From the human T2T-CHM13v2.0 reference genome, Homo sapiens, in the NCBI RefSeq assembly GCF_009914755.1, contig NC_060933.1: a stretch of 64,000 bases of DNA; one strand, 5' to 3'. Position numbers and translations under genes: made by a program. Each line of letters opens with the position of its first letter. The stretch's first letter is position 1. Below the pieces are notes generated by a model. It was given only the letters and a program-made list of their open reading frames with translations. It made no database searches and was not told the origin of the DNA. Positions 52,345 to 64,000 of the stretch are shown here, in pieces.

Positions 52345-55300
52345 ATTCCATTCCATTCCATTCCATTCCATTCCATTCCATTCCTTTCCATTCCATTACG
52401 GATGATTCCATTCCATTGCATTCCATTCCATTCCATTTCCCTGTACTCGGGTTGATTCCATTCCATTCCATTCCAATCCATGCCATTCCACTCGTGTTGA
52501 TTCCATTCTTTCCATTCCATTCAAGTTGAATCCATTCCATTGCATTCCATTCCATTCCATTCCCCTGCATTCGGGTTGTTTCCATTCCATTCCATTCCAT
52601 TCCATACCATTCCATTCCGTTCTGTTCCATTCCATTCCATTCCATTCTATTCGGGTTAATTCCATTCCTTTCCATTCCATTCCATTCCATTCCATTCCAA
52701 TCTAGTTGATTCCATTCCATTCCATTCCATTCCATTCCACTCCATTCCAGTCCTTTCCATTCCATTCCACTCGGGTTAATTCCAGTGTATTCCTTTCCAT
52801 TCCATTCCATTCCATTGCAATCGAGTTGATTCCATTGCTTTGCATTCCATTCCATTCCATTCCATTCCGGATGATTCCATTCCATTGCATTCCATTCCAT
52901 TCCATTCCCCTGCACTCGGGTTGATTCCATTCCATTCCACTCCATTCCATTCCGTTCCATTCCATTCCGTTGTATTCGGGTTAATTCCATTCCATTCCAT
53001 TCCATTCCATTCCATTCCATTCCATTCCAATCCATTACAATCGAGTTGATTCCATTCCATTCCATTCCATTCCATTCCATTCCATTCCATTCCTTTCCAT
53101 TCCATTCCACTCGGGTTGATTCCATTCTATTAGTTTCCATTCCATTCCATTCCCTTCCATTCCACTCTGGTTGATTCCATTCCTTTCCATTCCACTCGAA
53201 TACATTCCCTCCTATTCCACTCGGAAAGATTCTATTCCATTCCATTCCATTCCATTTCGTTCCATTCCATTCTATTCCGTACCATTCCATTCCATTCCAT
53301 TCCTTTCCATTCCATTCCATTCCACTCGTGTTGATTCCATTCCTTTCCATTCCATTCGGTTTGAAAGCATTCCATTCCATTCAATTCAACTCCATTCCAT
53401 TCCATTCCATTCCATTCCATTCCATTCCATTGTACTCGGGTTGATTCCATTCCATTGCATTCCATTGCATTCCATTCCATTCCATTCCATTCCATTCCAT
53501 TCCATTCCATTCCATTCCGTTGCATTCCATTCCATTCCATTCCCCTGCACTCGCGTTGATTCCATTCCATTCCATTCCATTCCATTCCGTTCCGTTCCAT
53601 TGGATTCCATTCCATTCCATTCCGTTCCGTTCCATTCCATTCCATTCCATTCTATTCGGGTTAATTCCATTCCATTCCATTCGATTGCAATCGAGTTGAT
53701 TCCATTCCATTCCATTCCATTCCATTCCATTCCATTCCTTTCCATTCCATTACGGATGATTCCATTCCATTGCATTCCATTCCATTCCATTCCCCTGTAC
53801 TCGGGTTGATTCCATTCCATTCCATTCCAATCCATGCCATTCCACTCGTGTTGTTTCCATTCTTTCCATTCCATTCAAGTTGATTCCATTCCATTGCATT
53901 CCATTCCTTTCGATTCCATTTGATTGCACTCGGGTTGATTGCGTTCCATAACATTCCATTCCATTCCATTCCTTTCCATTCCATTCCATTCCATTGCATT
54001 CGGATTGATCCTATTCAATTCCCTTACACTCCATTACATTCCATTCCATTCGGGTAGTTTCCATTCCATTCCATTCCATTCCTCTCCATTTCATTGCACT
54101 CGGGTTGATTCCATTCCATTGCATTCCATTCCATTCCATTCAATTCTATTCCGTTCCATTCCATTCCATTACATTCGGATTGATTCTATTCAACTCCCTT
54201 ACTCTCCATTCCATTCCATTCCATTCGGGTTGTTCCATTCCATTCCATTCCATTCCACTCCATTACATTGCACTCGGGTTGATTCCATTCCATTCCATTC
54301 CATTCCATTCCGGAATATTCCATTCCATTGCATTCCATTCCATTCCATTCCCCTGCACTCGCGTTGATTCCATTCTATTCCATTCTATTCCATTCCATTC
54401 CCTTCCTTTCCGTTCCATTCCATTCCATTCCATTCCATTCCATTCCGTTCCGTTCCATTCCATTCCATTCCATTCTATTCGGGTTAATTCCATTCCATTC
54501 CATTCGATTGCAATCGAGTTGATTCCATTCCATTCCATTCCATTCCATTCCATTCCATTCCATTCCATTCCTTTCCATTCCATTACGGATGATTCCATTC
54601 CATTGCATTCCATTCCATTCCATTCCCCTGTACTCGGGTTGATTCCATTCCATTCCATTCAAATCCATGCCCTTCCACTCCAATCCATGCCCTTCCACTC
54701 GTGTTGATTCCATTCTTTCCATTCCATCCTAGTTGAATCCATTCCATTGCATTCCATTCCATTCGATTCCATTCGATTGCAGTCGGGTTGATTCCATTCC
54801 ATTGCATTCCATTCCATTCCTTTCCCCTGCACTCGCGTTGATTCCATTCTATTCCATTCTATTCCATTCCATTCCCTTCCTTTTCGTTCCATTCCATTCC
54901 ATTCCATTGCATTCCATTCCGTTCCGTTCCATTCCATTCCATTCCATTCTATTCGGGTTAATTCCATTCCATTCCATTCGATTGCCATCGATTTGATTCC
55001 ATTCCTTTCCATTCCATTCCATTCCATTCCTTTCCATTCCATTCCTTTCCATTCCATTACGGATGACTCCATTCCATTGCATTCCATTCCCCTGTACTCG
55101 GGTTGATTCCATTCCATTCCATTCCACTCCATTCGGTTCCGTTGCATTCCATTCTATTGCATTCCCTTCTATTCGGGTTAATTCCATTCCATTCTATTGC
55201 ATTCCATTCCATTCCATTCCATTGCAATGGAGTTGATTCCATTCCATTCCATTCCATTCCGGATGATTCCATTCCATTGCATTCCATTCCATTCCATTCC

Positions 55301-58300
55301 CCTGCACTCGTGTTGATTCCATTCCCTTCCATTCCATTCCATTCCGTTCCATTCCATTCCATTCCATTCTATTCCGGTTAATTCCATTCCATTCCATTCC
55401 ATTCCATTCCATTCCATTGCAATCGAGTTGATTCCATTCCATTCCTTTCCATTCCATTCCATTGCCTTGCATTCCACTTGGGTTGATTCCATTCCCTTCT
55501 TTCCACTCCATTACATTCTCTTCCATTCCACTCGGAATGATTGATTCCATTCCATTCCATTCCATTTCATTCCATTGTAATCCATTGCAATCCATTCCAT
55601 TCCATTCCATTCCACTCGAGTTGACTTCATTCCATTCCTTTCCATTCCATTCCATTCCTTTCCACTCGAGTTGATTCCATTCCATTCCAATCCATTGCAT
55701 TCCATTCCATGCCATTCCACTCGGGTTGATTCCATTCCTTTGCATTCCATTCCATTCCATTCCATTGCATTCCATTGCATTCCATTCCGTTGCATTCCAT
55801 TCCATTACATTCGGATTGATTCTATTCAACTCCCTTACTCTCCATTACATTCCATTCCATTCGGGTTGTTCCATTCCATTCCATTCCATTCCACTCCATT
55901 CCATTGCACTCGGGTTGATTCCATTCCATTCCATTCCATTCCATTCCATTCCATTCCATTCCAGATGATTCCATTCCATTGAATTCCGTTCCATTACATT
56001 CCCCTGCACTCGCGTTGATTCCATTCCATTCCATTCCATTCCATTCCATTCAATTCCATTCCATTACAATTCGTTCCATTCCATTCTATTCCGTACCATT
56101 CCATTCCATTCCATACCATTCCATTCAATTCCATTCCATTCCATTCCATTCCATTCCGTTCCATTCCGTTCCATTCCATTCCATTCCATTCTATTCGGGT
56201 TAATTCCATTCCATTCCATTCCATCCCATTCTATTACATTCCATTGCAATCGAGTTGAATCCATTGCATTTCATTCCATTCCATTCCATTCCATTCTATT
56301 CCGGAAGATTCCATTCCATTGCATTCCATTCCATTCCATTCCCCTGCACTCGCGTTGATTCCATTCCATTCCATTCCATTCCATTCCATTCCATTCCTTT
56401 CCGTTCCTTTCCATTCCATTCCATTCCATTCCATTCCATTCCATTCCATTCAATTCCGTTCCATTCCGTTCCATTCCATTCTATTCGGGTTAATTCCATT
56501 CCATTCCATTCCTTTCCATTCCATTACGGATGATTCCATTCCATTGCATTCCATTCCATTCCATTCCCCTGTACTCGGGTTGATTCCATTCCATTCCATT
56601 CCCATCCATGCCATTCCACTCGTGTTGATTCCATTCTTTCCATTCCATTCAAGTTGAATGCATTCCATTGCATTCCATTCCATTCCTCTCCATTGCATTG
56701 CACTCGGGTTGATTCCATTCCATTCCATTCCATTCCATTCCATTCCATTCCATTCCGTTCCGTTCCGTTCCCTTCCATTCCATTCCATTCCATTCTATTC
56801 GGGTTAATTCCATTCCATTTCATTCCATTCCATTCCATTCCATTCGAGTTGATTCCATTCCATTCCATTCCATTCCACTCCATTCCAGTCCTTTCCATTC
56901 CATTCCACTCGGGTTGATTCCAATGTATTCCTTTCCATTCCATTACATTCCATTGCAATCGAGTTGATTCCATTGCTTTGCATTCCATTCCATTCCATTC
57001 CATTCCGGATGATTCCATTCCATTGCATTCCATTCCATTCCATTCCCCTGCACTCGGGTTGATTCCATTCCATTCCACTCCATTCCGTTCCATTCCATTC
57101 CATTCCATTGTATTCGGGTTAATTCCATTCCATTCCATTCCATTCCATTCCATTCCATTCCATTACAATCGAGTTGATTCCATTCCATTCCATTCCATTC
57201 CACTCCATTCCATACCAGTCCTTTCCATTCCATTCCACTCGGGTTGATTCCATTCTATTAGTTACCATTCCATTCCATTCCCTTCCATTCCACTATGGTT
57301 GATTCCATTCCTTTCCATTCCACTCGAATACATTCCCTCCTATTCCACTCGGAACGATTCCATTCCATTCCATTCCATTCCATTCCATTCCATTCCATTC
57401 CATTCCATTTCGTTGCATTCCATTCTATTCCGTATCATTCCATTCCATTCCATTCCATTCCATTCCATTCCATTCCATTCCATTCCATTCCATTGTACTC
57501 GGGTTGATTCCATTCCATTGCATTCCATTCCATTCCATTCCATTCCATTCCATTCCTTTCCATTCCGTTGCATTCCATTCCATTACATTCGGATGGATTC
57601 TATTCAACTCCCTTACTCTCCATTACATTCCATTCCATTCCGGTTGTTGCATTCCATTCCATTCCATTCCAAACCATTCCATTGCAATCGGGTTGATTCC
57701 ATTCCATTGCATTCCATTCCATTCCATTCCATTCCGGATGATTCCATTCCATTGCATTCCGTTCCATTACATTCCCCTGCACTTGCGTTGATTCCATTCC
57801 ATTCCATTCCATTCCATTCAATTCCATTCCATTACAATTCGTTCCATTCCATTCTATTCCGTACCATTCCATTCCATTCCATACCATTCCATTCCATTCC
57901 ATTCGGTTCCATTCCGTTCCATTCCATTCCATTCCATTCTATTCGGGTTAATTCCATTCCATTCCATTCCATTCCATTCCATTCCATTCTATTCCATTCC
58001 ATTGCAATCGAGTTGAATCCATTGCATTTCATTCCATTGCATTCCATTCCATTCAATTCCGGAAGATTCCATTCCTTTGCATTCCATTCCATTCCATTCC
58101 CCTGCACTCGCGTTGATTCCATTCCATTCCATTCCATTCCATTCCATTCCATTCCATTCCATTCCTTTCCATTCCATTACGGATGATTCCATTCCATTGC
58201 ATTCCATTCCATTCCATTCCCCTGTACTCGGGTTGATTCCATTCCATTCCATTCCAATCCATGCCATTCCACTCGTGTTGATTCCATTCTTTCCATTCCA

Positions 58301-61300
58301 TTCAAGTTGAATCCATTCCATTGCATTCCATTCCATTCCATTCCCCTGCATTCGGGTTGTTTCCATTCCATTCCATTCCATTCCATACTATTCCATTCCG
58401 TTCTGTTCCATTCCATTCCATTCCATTCTATTCGGGTTAATTCCATTCCTTTCCATTCCATTCCATTCCATTCCATTCCAATCTAGTTGATTCCATTCCA
58501 TTCCATTCCATTCCATTCCACTCCATTCCAGTCCTTTCCATTCCATTCCACTCGGGTTGATTCCAGTTTATTCCTTTCCATTCCATTCCATTCCATTGCA
58601 ATCGAGTTGATTCCATTGCTTTGCATTCCATTCCATTCCATTCCATTCCGGATGATTCCATTCCATTGCATTCCATTCCATTCCATTCCCCTGCACTCGG
58701 GTTGATTCCATTCCATTCCACTCCATTCCATTCCATTCCATTCCATTCCGTTGTATTCGGGTTAATTCCATTCCATTCCATTCCATTCCATTCCATTCCA
58801 TTCCAATCCATTACAATCGAGTTGATTCCATTCCATTCCATTCCATTCCATTCCATTCCATTCCATTCCATTCCAATCCATTCCACTCGGGTTGATTCCA
58901 TTCTATTAGTTTCCATTCCATTCCATTCCCTTCCATTCCACTCTGGTTGATTCCATTCCTTTCCATTCCACTCGAATACATTCCCTCCTATTCCACTCGG
59001 AAAGATTCTATTCCATTCCATTCCATTCCATTCCATTCCATTTCGTTCCATTCCATTCTATTCCGTACCATTCCATTCCATTCCATTCCTTTCCATTCCA
59101 TTCCATTCCACTCGTGTTGATTCCATTCCTTTCCATTCCATTCGGTTTGAAAGCATTCCATTCCATTCAATTCAACTCCATTCCATTCCATTCCATTCCA
59201 TTCCATTCCATTCCATTGTACTCGGGTTGATTCCATTCCATTGCATTCCATTGCATTCCATTCCATTCCATTCCATTCCATTCCATTCCATTCCATTCCG
59301 TTGCATTCCATTCCATTCCATTCCCCTGCACTCGCGTTGATTCCATTCCATTCCATTCCATTCCATTTCGTTCCGTTCCATTGGATTCCATTCCATTCCA
59401 TTCCGTTCCGTTCCATTCCATTCCATTCCATTCTATTCGGGTTAATTCCATTCCATTCCATTCGATTGCAATCGAGTTGATTCCATTCCATTCCATTCCA
59501 TTCCATTCCATTCCTTTCCATTCCATTACGGATGATTCCATTCCATTGCATTCCATTCCATTCCATTCCCCTGTACTCGGGTTGATTCCATTCCATTCCA
59601 TTCCAATCCATGCCATTCCACTCGTGTTGTTTCCATTCTTTCCATTCCATTCAAGTTGATTCCATTCCATTGCATTCCATTCCATTCGATTCCATTTGAT
59701 TGCACTCGGGTTGATTGCGTTCCATAACATTCCATTCCATTCCATTCCTTTCCATTCCATTCCATTCCATTGCATTCGGATTGATCCTATTCAATTCCCT
59801 TACACTCCATTACATTCCATTCCATTCGGGTAGTTTCCATTCCATTCCATTCCATTCCTCTCCATTTCATTGCACTCGGGTTGATTCCATTCCATTGCAT
59901 TCCATTCCATTCCATTCCATTCTATTCCGTTCCATTCCATTCCATTACATTCGGATTGATTCTATTCAACTCCCTTACTCTCCATTCCATTCCATTCCAT
60001 TCGGGTTGTTCCATTCCATTCCATTCCACTCCATTACATTGCACTCGGGTTGATTCCATTCCATTCCATTCCATTCCATTCCGGAATATTCCATTCCATT
60101 GCATTCCATTCCATTCCATTCCCCTGCACTCGCGTTGATTCCATTCTATTCCATTCTATTCCATTCCATTCCCTTCCTTTCCGTTCCGTTCCATTCCATT
60201 CCATTCCATTCCATTCCGTTCCGTTCCATTCCATTCCATTCCATTCTATTCGGGTTAATTCCATTCCATTCCATTCGATTGCAATCGAGTTGATTCCATT
60301 CCATTCCATTCCATTCCATTCCATTCCATTCCATTCCTTTCCATTCCATTACGGATGATTCCATTCCATTGCATTCCATTCCATTCCATTCCCCTGTACT
60401 CGGGTTGATTCCATTCCATTCCATTCAAATCCATGCCCTTCCACTCCAATCCATGCCCTTCCACTCGTGTTGATTCCATTCTTTCCATTCCATCCTAGTT
60501 GAATCCATTCCATTGCATTCCATTCCATTCGATTCCATTCGATTGCAGTCGGGTTGATTCCATTCCATTGCATTCCATTCCATTCCTTTCCCCTGCACTC
60601 GCGTTGATTCCATTCTATTCCATTCTATTCCATTCCATTCCCTTCCTTTTCGTTCCATTCCATTCCATTCCATTGCATTCCATTCCGTTCCGTTCCATTC
60701 CATTCCATTCCATTCTATTCGGGTTAATTCCATTCCATTCCATTCGATTGCCATCGATTTGATTCCATTCCTTTCCATTCCATTCCATTCCATTCCTTTC
60801 CATTCCATTCCTTTCCATTCCATTACGGATGACTCCATTCCATTGCATTCCATTCCCCTGTACTCGGGTTGATTCCATTCCATTCCATTCCACTCCATTC
60901 GGTTCCGTTGCATTCCATTCTATTGCATTCCCTTCTATTCGGGTTAATTCCATTCCATTCTATTGCATTCCATTCCATTCCATTCCATTGCAATGGAGTT
61001 GATTCCATTCCATTCCATTCCATTCCGGATGATTCCATTCCATTGCATTCCATTCCATTCCATTCCCCTGCACTCGTGTTGATTCCATTCCCTTCCATTC
61101 CATTCCATTCCGTTCCATTCCATTCCATTCCATTCTATTCCGGTTAATTCCATTCCATTCCATTCCATTCCATTCCATTCCATTGCAATCGAGTTGATTC
61201 CATTCCATTCCTTTCCATTCCATTCCATTGCCTTGCATTCCACTCGGGTTGATTCCATTCCCTTCTTTCCACTCCATTACATTCTCTTCCATTCCACTCG

Positions 61301-63765
61301 GAATGATTGATTCCATTCCATTCCATTCCATTTCATTCCATTGTAATCCATTGCAATCCATTCCATTCCATTCCATTCCACTCGAGTTGACTTCATTCCA
61401 TTCCTTTCCATTCCATTCCATTCCTTTCTACTCGAGTTGATTCCATTCCATTCCAATCCATTGCATTCCATTCCATGCCATTCCACTCGGGTTGATTCCA
61501 TTCCTTTGCATTCCATTCCATTCCATTCCATTGCATTCCATTGCATTCCATTCCGTTGCATTCCATTCCATTACATTCGGATTGATTCTATTCAACTCCC
61601 TTACTCTCCATTACATTCCATTCCATTCGGGTTGTTCCATTCCATTCCATTCCATTCCACTCCATTCCATTGCACTCGGGTTGATTCCATTCCATTCCAT
61701 TCCATTCCATTCCATTCCATTCCATTCCAGATTATTCCATTCCATTGAATTCCGTTCCATTACATTCCCCTGCACTCGCGTTGATTCCATTCCATTCCAT
61801 TCCATTCCATTCCATTCAATTCCATTCCATTACAATTCGTTCCATTCCATTCTATTCCGTACCATTCCATTCCATTCCATACCATTCCATTCCATTCCAT
61901 TCCATTCCGTTCCATTCCGTTCCATTCCATTCCATTCCATTCTATTCGGGTTAATTCCATTCCATTCCATTCCATCCCATTCTATTACATTCCATTGCAA
62001 TCGAGTTGAATCCATTGCATTTCATTCCATTCCATTCCATTCCATTCTATTCCGGAAGATTCCATTCCATTGCATTCCATTCCATTCCATTCCCCTGCAC
62101 TCGCGTTGATTCCATTCCATTCCATTCCATTCCATTCCATTCCATTCCTTTCCGTTCCTTTCCATTCCATTCCATTCCATTCCATTCCATTCCATTCCAT
62201 TCAATTCCGTTCCATTCCGTTCCATTCCATTCTATTCGGGTTAATTCCATTCCATTCCATTCCTTTCCATTCCATTACGGATGATTCCATTCCATTGCAT
62301 TCCATTCCATTCCATTCCCCTGTACTCGGGTTGATTCCATTCCATTCCATTCCCATCCATGCCATTCCACTCGTGTTGATTCCATTCTTTCCATTCCATT
62401 CAAGTTGAATGCATTCCATTGCATTCCATTCCATTCCATTCCCCTGCAGTCGGGTTGATTCCATTCCATTCCATTCCATTCCATTCCGTTCCGTTCCGTT
62501 CCCTTCCATTCCATTCCATTCCATTCTATTCGGGTTAATTCCATTCCATTCCATTCCATTCCATTCCATTCGAGTTGATTCCATTCCATTCCATTCCATT
62601 CCACTCCATTCCAGTCCTTTCCATTCCATTCCACTCGGGTTGATTCCAATGTATTCCTTTCCATTCCATTACATTCCATTGCAATCGAGTTGATTCCATT
62701 GCTTTGCATTCCATTCCATTCCATTCCATTCCGGATGATTCCATTCCATTGCATTCCATTCCATTCCATTCCCCTGCACTCGGGTTGATTCCATTCCTTT
62801 CCACTCCATTCCATTCCAATCCATTCCATTCCATTACAATCGAGTTGATTCCATTCCATTCCATTCCATTCCACTCCTTTCCATTCCATTCCACTCGGTT
62901 TGATTCCATTCTATTAGTTTCCATTCCATTTCATTTCCTTCCATTCCACTCTGGTTGATTCCATTCCTTTCCATTCCACTCGAATACATTCCCTCCTATT
63001 CCACTCGGAACGATTCCATTCCATTCCATTCCATTCCATTCCATTCCATTCCATTTCGTTCCATTCCATTCTATTCCGTATCATTCCATTTCATTCCATT
63101 CCATTCCATTCCATTCCATTCCATTCAATTCCATTCCATTGTACTCGGGTTGATTCCATTCCATTGCATTCCATTCTATTCCATTCCATTCCATTCCGTT
63201 GCATTCCATTCCATTACATTCGGATTCATTCTATTCAACTCCCTTACTCTCCATTACATTCCATTCCATTCGGGTTGTTCCATTCCATTCCATTCCATTC
63301 CACTCCATTCCATTGCACTCGGGTTGATTCCATTCCATTCCATTCCATTCCATTCCATTCCATTCCATTCCATTCCGGATGATTCCATTCCATTGCATTC
63401 CGTTCTATTACATTCCCCTGCACTGGCGTTGATTCCATTCCATTCCATTCCATTCCATTCCATTCCATTACAATTCGTTCCATTCCATTCTATTCCGTAC
63501 CATTCCAATCCATTCCATACCATTCCATTCCATTCCATTCCATTCCATTCCGTTCCATTCCGTTCCATTCCATTCCATTCCATTCTATTTGGGTTAATTC
63601 CATTCCATTCCATTCCATTCCATTCCATTCTATTCCATTCCATTGCAATCGAGTTGAATCCATTGAATTTCATTCCATTCCATTCCATTCCATTCCATTC
63701 CATTCCGGAAGATTCCATTCCATTGCATTCCATTCCATTCCATTCCCCTGCACTCGCGTTGATTC
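52345..63765 (+). repeat. Two tandem, diverged copies of a ~5.77-kb unit (junction ~58,115)
   Basis: Offsets step down from 5781 to 5776, 5766 and 5751 (52396/58177, 53750/59526, 54583/60349, 56234/61985). Shared private variants include TTTGAAAGCATT, GATTGCGTTCCATAAC, CGGAATATT and CATCCTAGTT. The last ~1 kb matches less well. Confidence 0.85.
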
Positions 63766-64000
63766 CATTCCATTCCATTCCATTCCATTCCATTCCATTC
63801 CATTCCGTTCCGTTCCGTTCCATTCCATTCCATTTCATTCCGTTCCGTTAAGTTCCATTCCATTCCATTCCATTCTATGCGGGTTAATTCCATTCCATTC
63901 CATTCGATTGCAATCGAGTTGATTCCATTCCATTCCATTCCATTCTATTCCATTCCTTTCCATTCCATTACGGATGATTCCATTCCATTGCATTCCAATC

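Larger units (their letters stand above)
1..64000 (+). repeat. Satellite III (HSat3) array, (CATTC)n on + strand with CAACCCGAGT-type module terminators; likely HSat3B class (e.g. 9q12-like pericentromeric heterochromatin)
   Basis: Continuous CATTC pentamers from base 1 to 64000, interrupted every ~30-80 bp by ACTCGGGTTG / AATCGAGTTG / ATTCGGGTTA / ACTCGCGTTG / ACTCGTGTTG. GGAAT runs ended by CAAC(C/A)CGAGT are the established Sat III module. The subfamily and chromosome assignment is inference only. Confidence 0.97.

Noticed and set aside
51941-53380. Longest ORF (479 aa, - strand) and all other MEWNG / IPFHS repeat ORFs (e.g. 4851-6053, 21648-22919)
   Set aside because: (GGAAT)n and (CATTC)n contain no stop codon in any frame, and GGAATGG supplies an ATG every 5 bp. 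The ORFs overlap in all six frames and have no domain-like content.
1-64000. CRISPR-like alternation of conserved motifs and variable-length intervals
   Set aside because: The intervals are pentamer repeats rather than unique spacers, there are no cas genes or leader, and the sequence is primate satellite.
1-64000. HSat2, alpha satellite, telomeric repeat or DYZ1 assignment
   Set aside because: CATTCGATTC/GATGAT-dominated HSat2 units are rare. I saw no 171-bp monomers, CENP-B boxes or TTAGGG, and no regular ~3.6-kb period.
1-64000. Embedded Alu/L1/LTR or unique-sequence island
   Set aside because: None seen; even the most diverged stretches (~53350, ~55500) stay essentially in pentamer register.
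1-64000. Annotating the window as a SatIII ncRNA gene
   Set aside because: Transcription is plausible from family knowledge, but no start, end or expression can be supported from the sequence alone.

Overview
The whole 64 kb window is one uninterrupted array of classical human/great-ape Satellite III (HSat3). It consists of (CATTC)n pentamer runs on the + strand, (GGAAT)n on the - strand, punctuated by ~10-bp 'terminator' variants (ACTCGGGTTG = reverse complement of CAACCCGAGT, AATCGAGTTG, ATTCGGGTTA, ACTCGCGTTG). This is the CAACCCGAGT-rich type typical of the 9q12/HSat3B arrays; the chromosome cannot be fixed from the sequence alone. I see no genes, transposons, alpha satellite, CRISPR array or strand inversion, and all listed ORFs (MEWNG/IPFHS repeats) are artefacts of a stop-poor pentamer. 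The informative content is structural and regulatory. (1) Nested tandem duplications of different ages: ~3.03 kb, 13,862 bp, ~9.4/10.4 kb, 6,964 bp and ~5.77 kb, with breakpoints readable from diagnostic variants. (2) About 39 perfect three-unit heat-shock elements (TTCnnGAAnnTTC) built from pentamer variants. (3) A recurrent 14-bp perfect palindrome. (4) A deletion with a templated insertion at ~48.25 kb. (5) A diverged block in the right third. I found no novel protein-coding system. All counts and coordinates were read by eye or from ORF-track offsets and are approximate unless stated otherwise.
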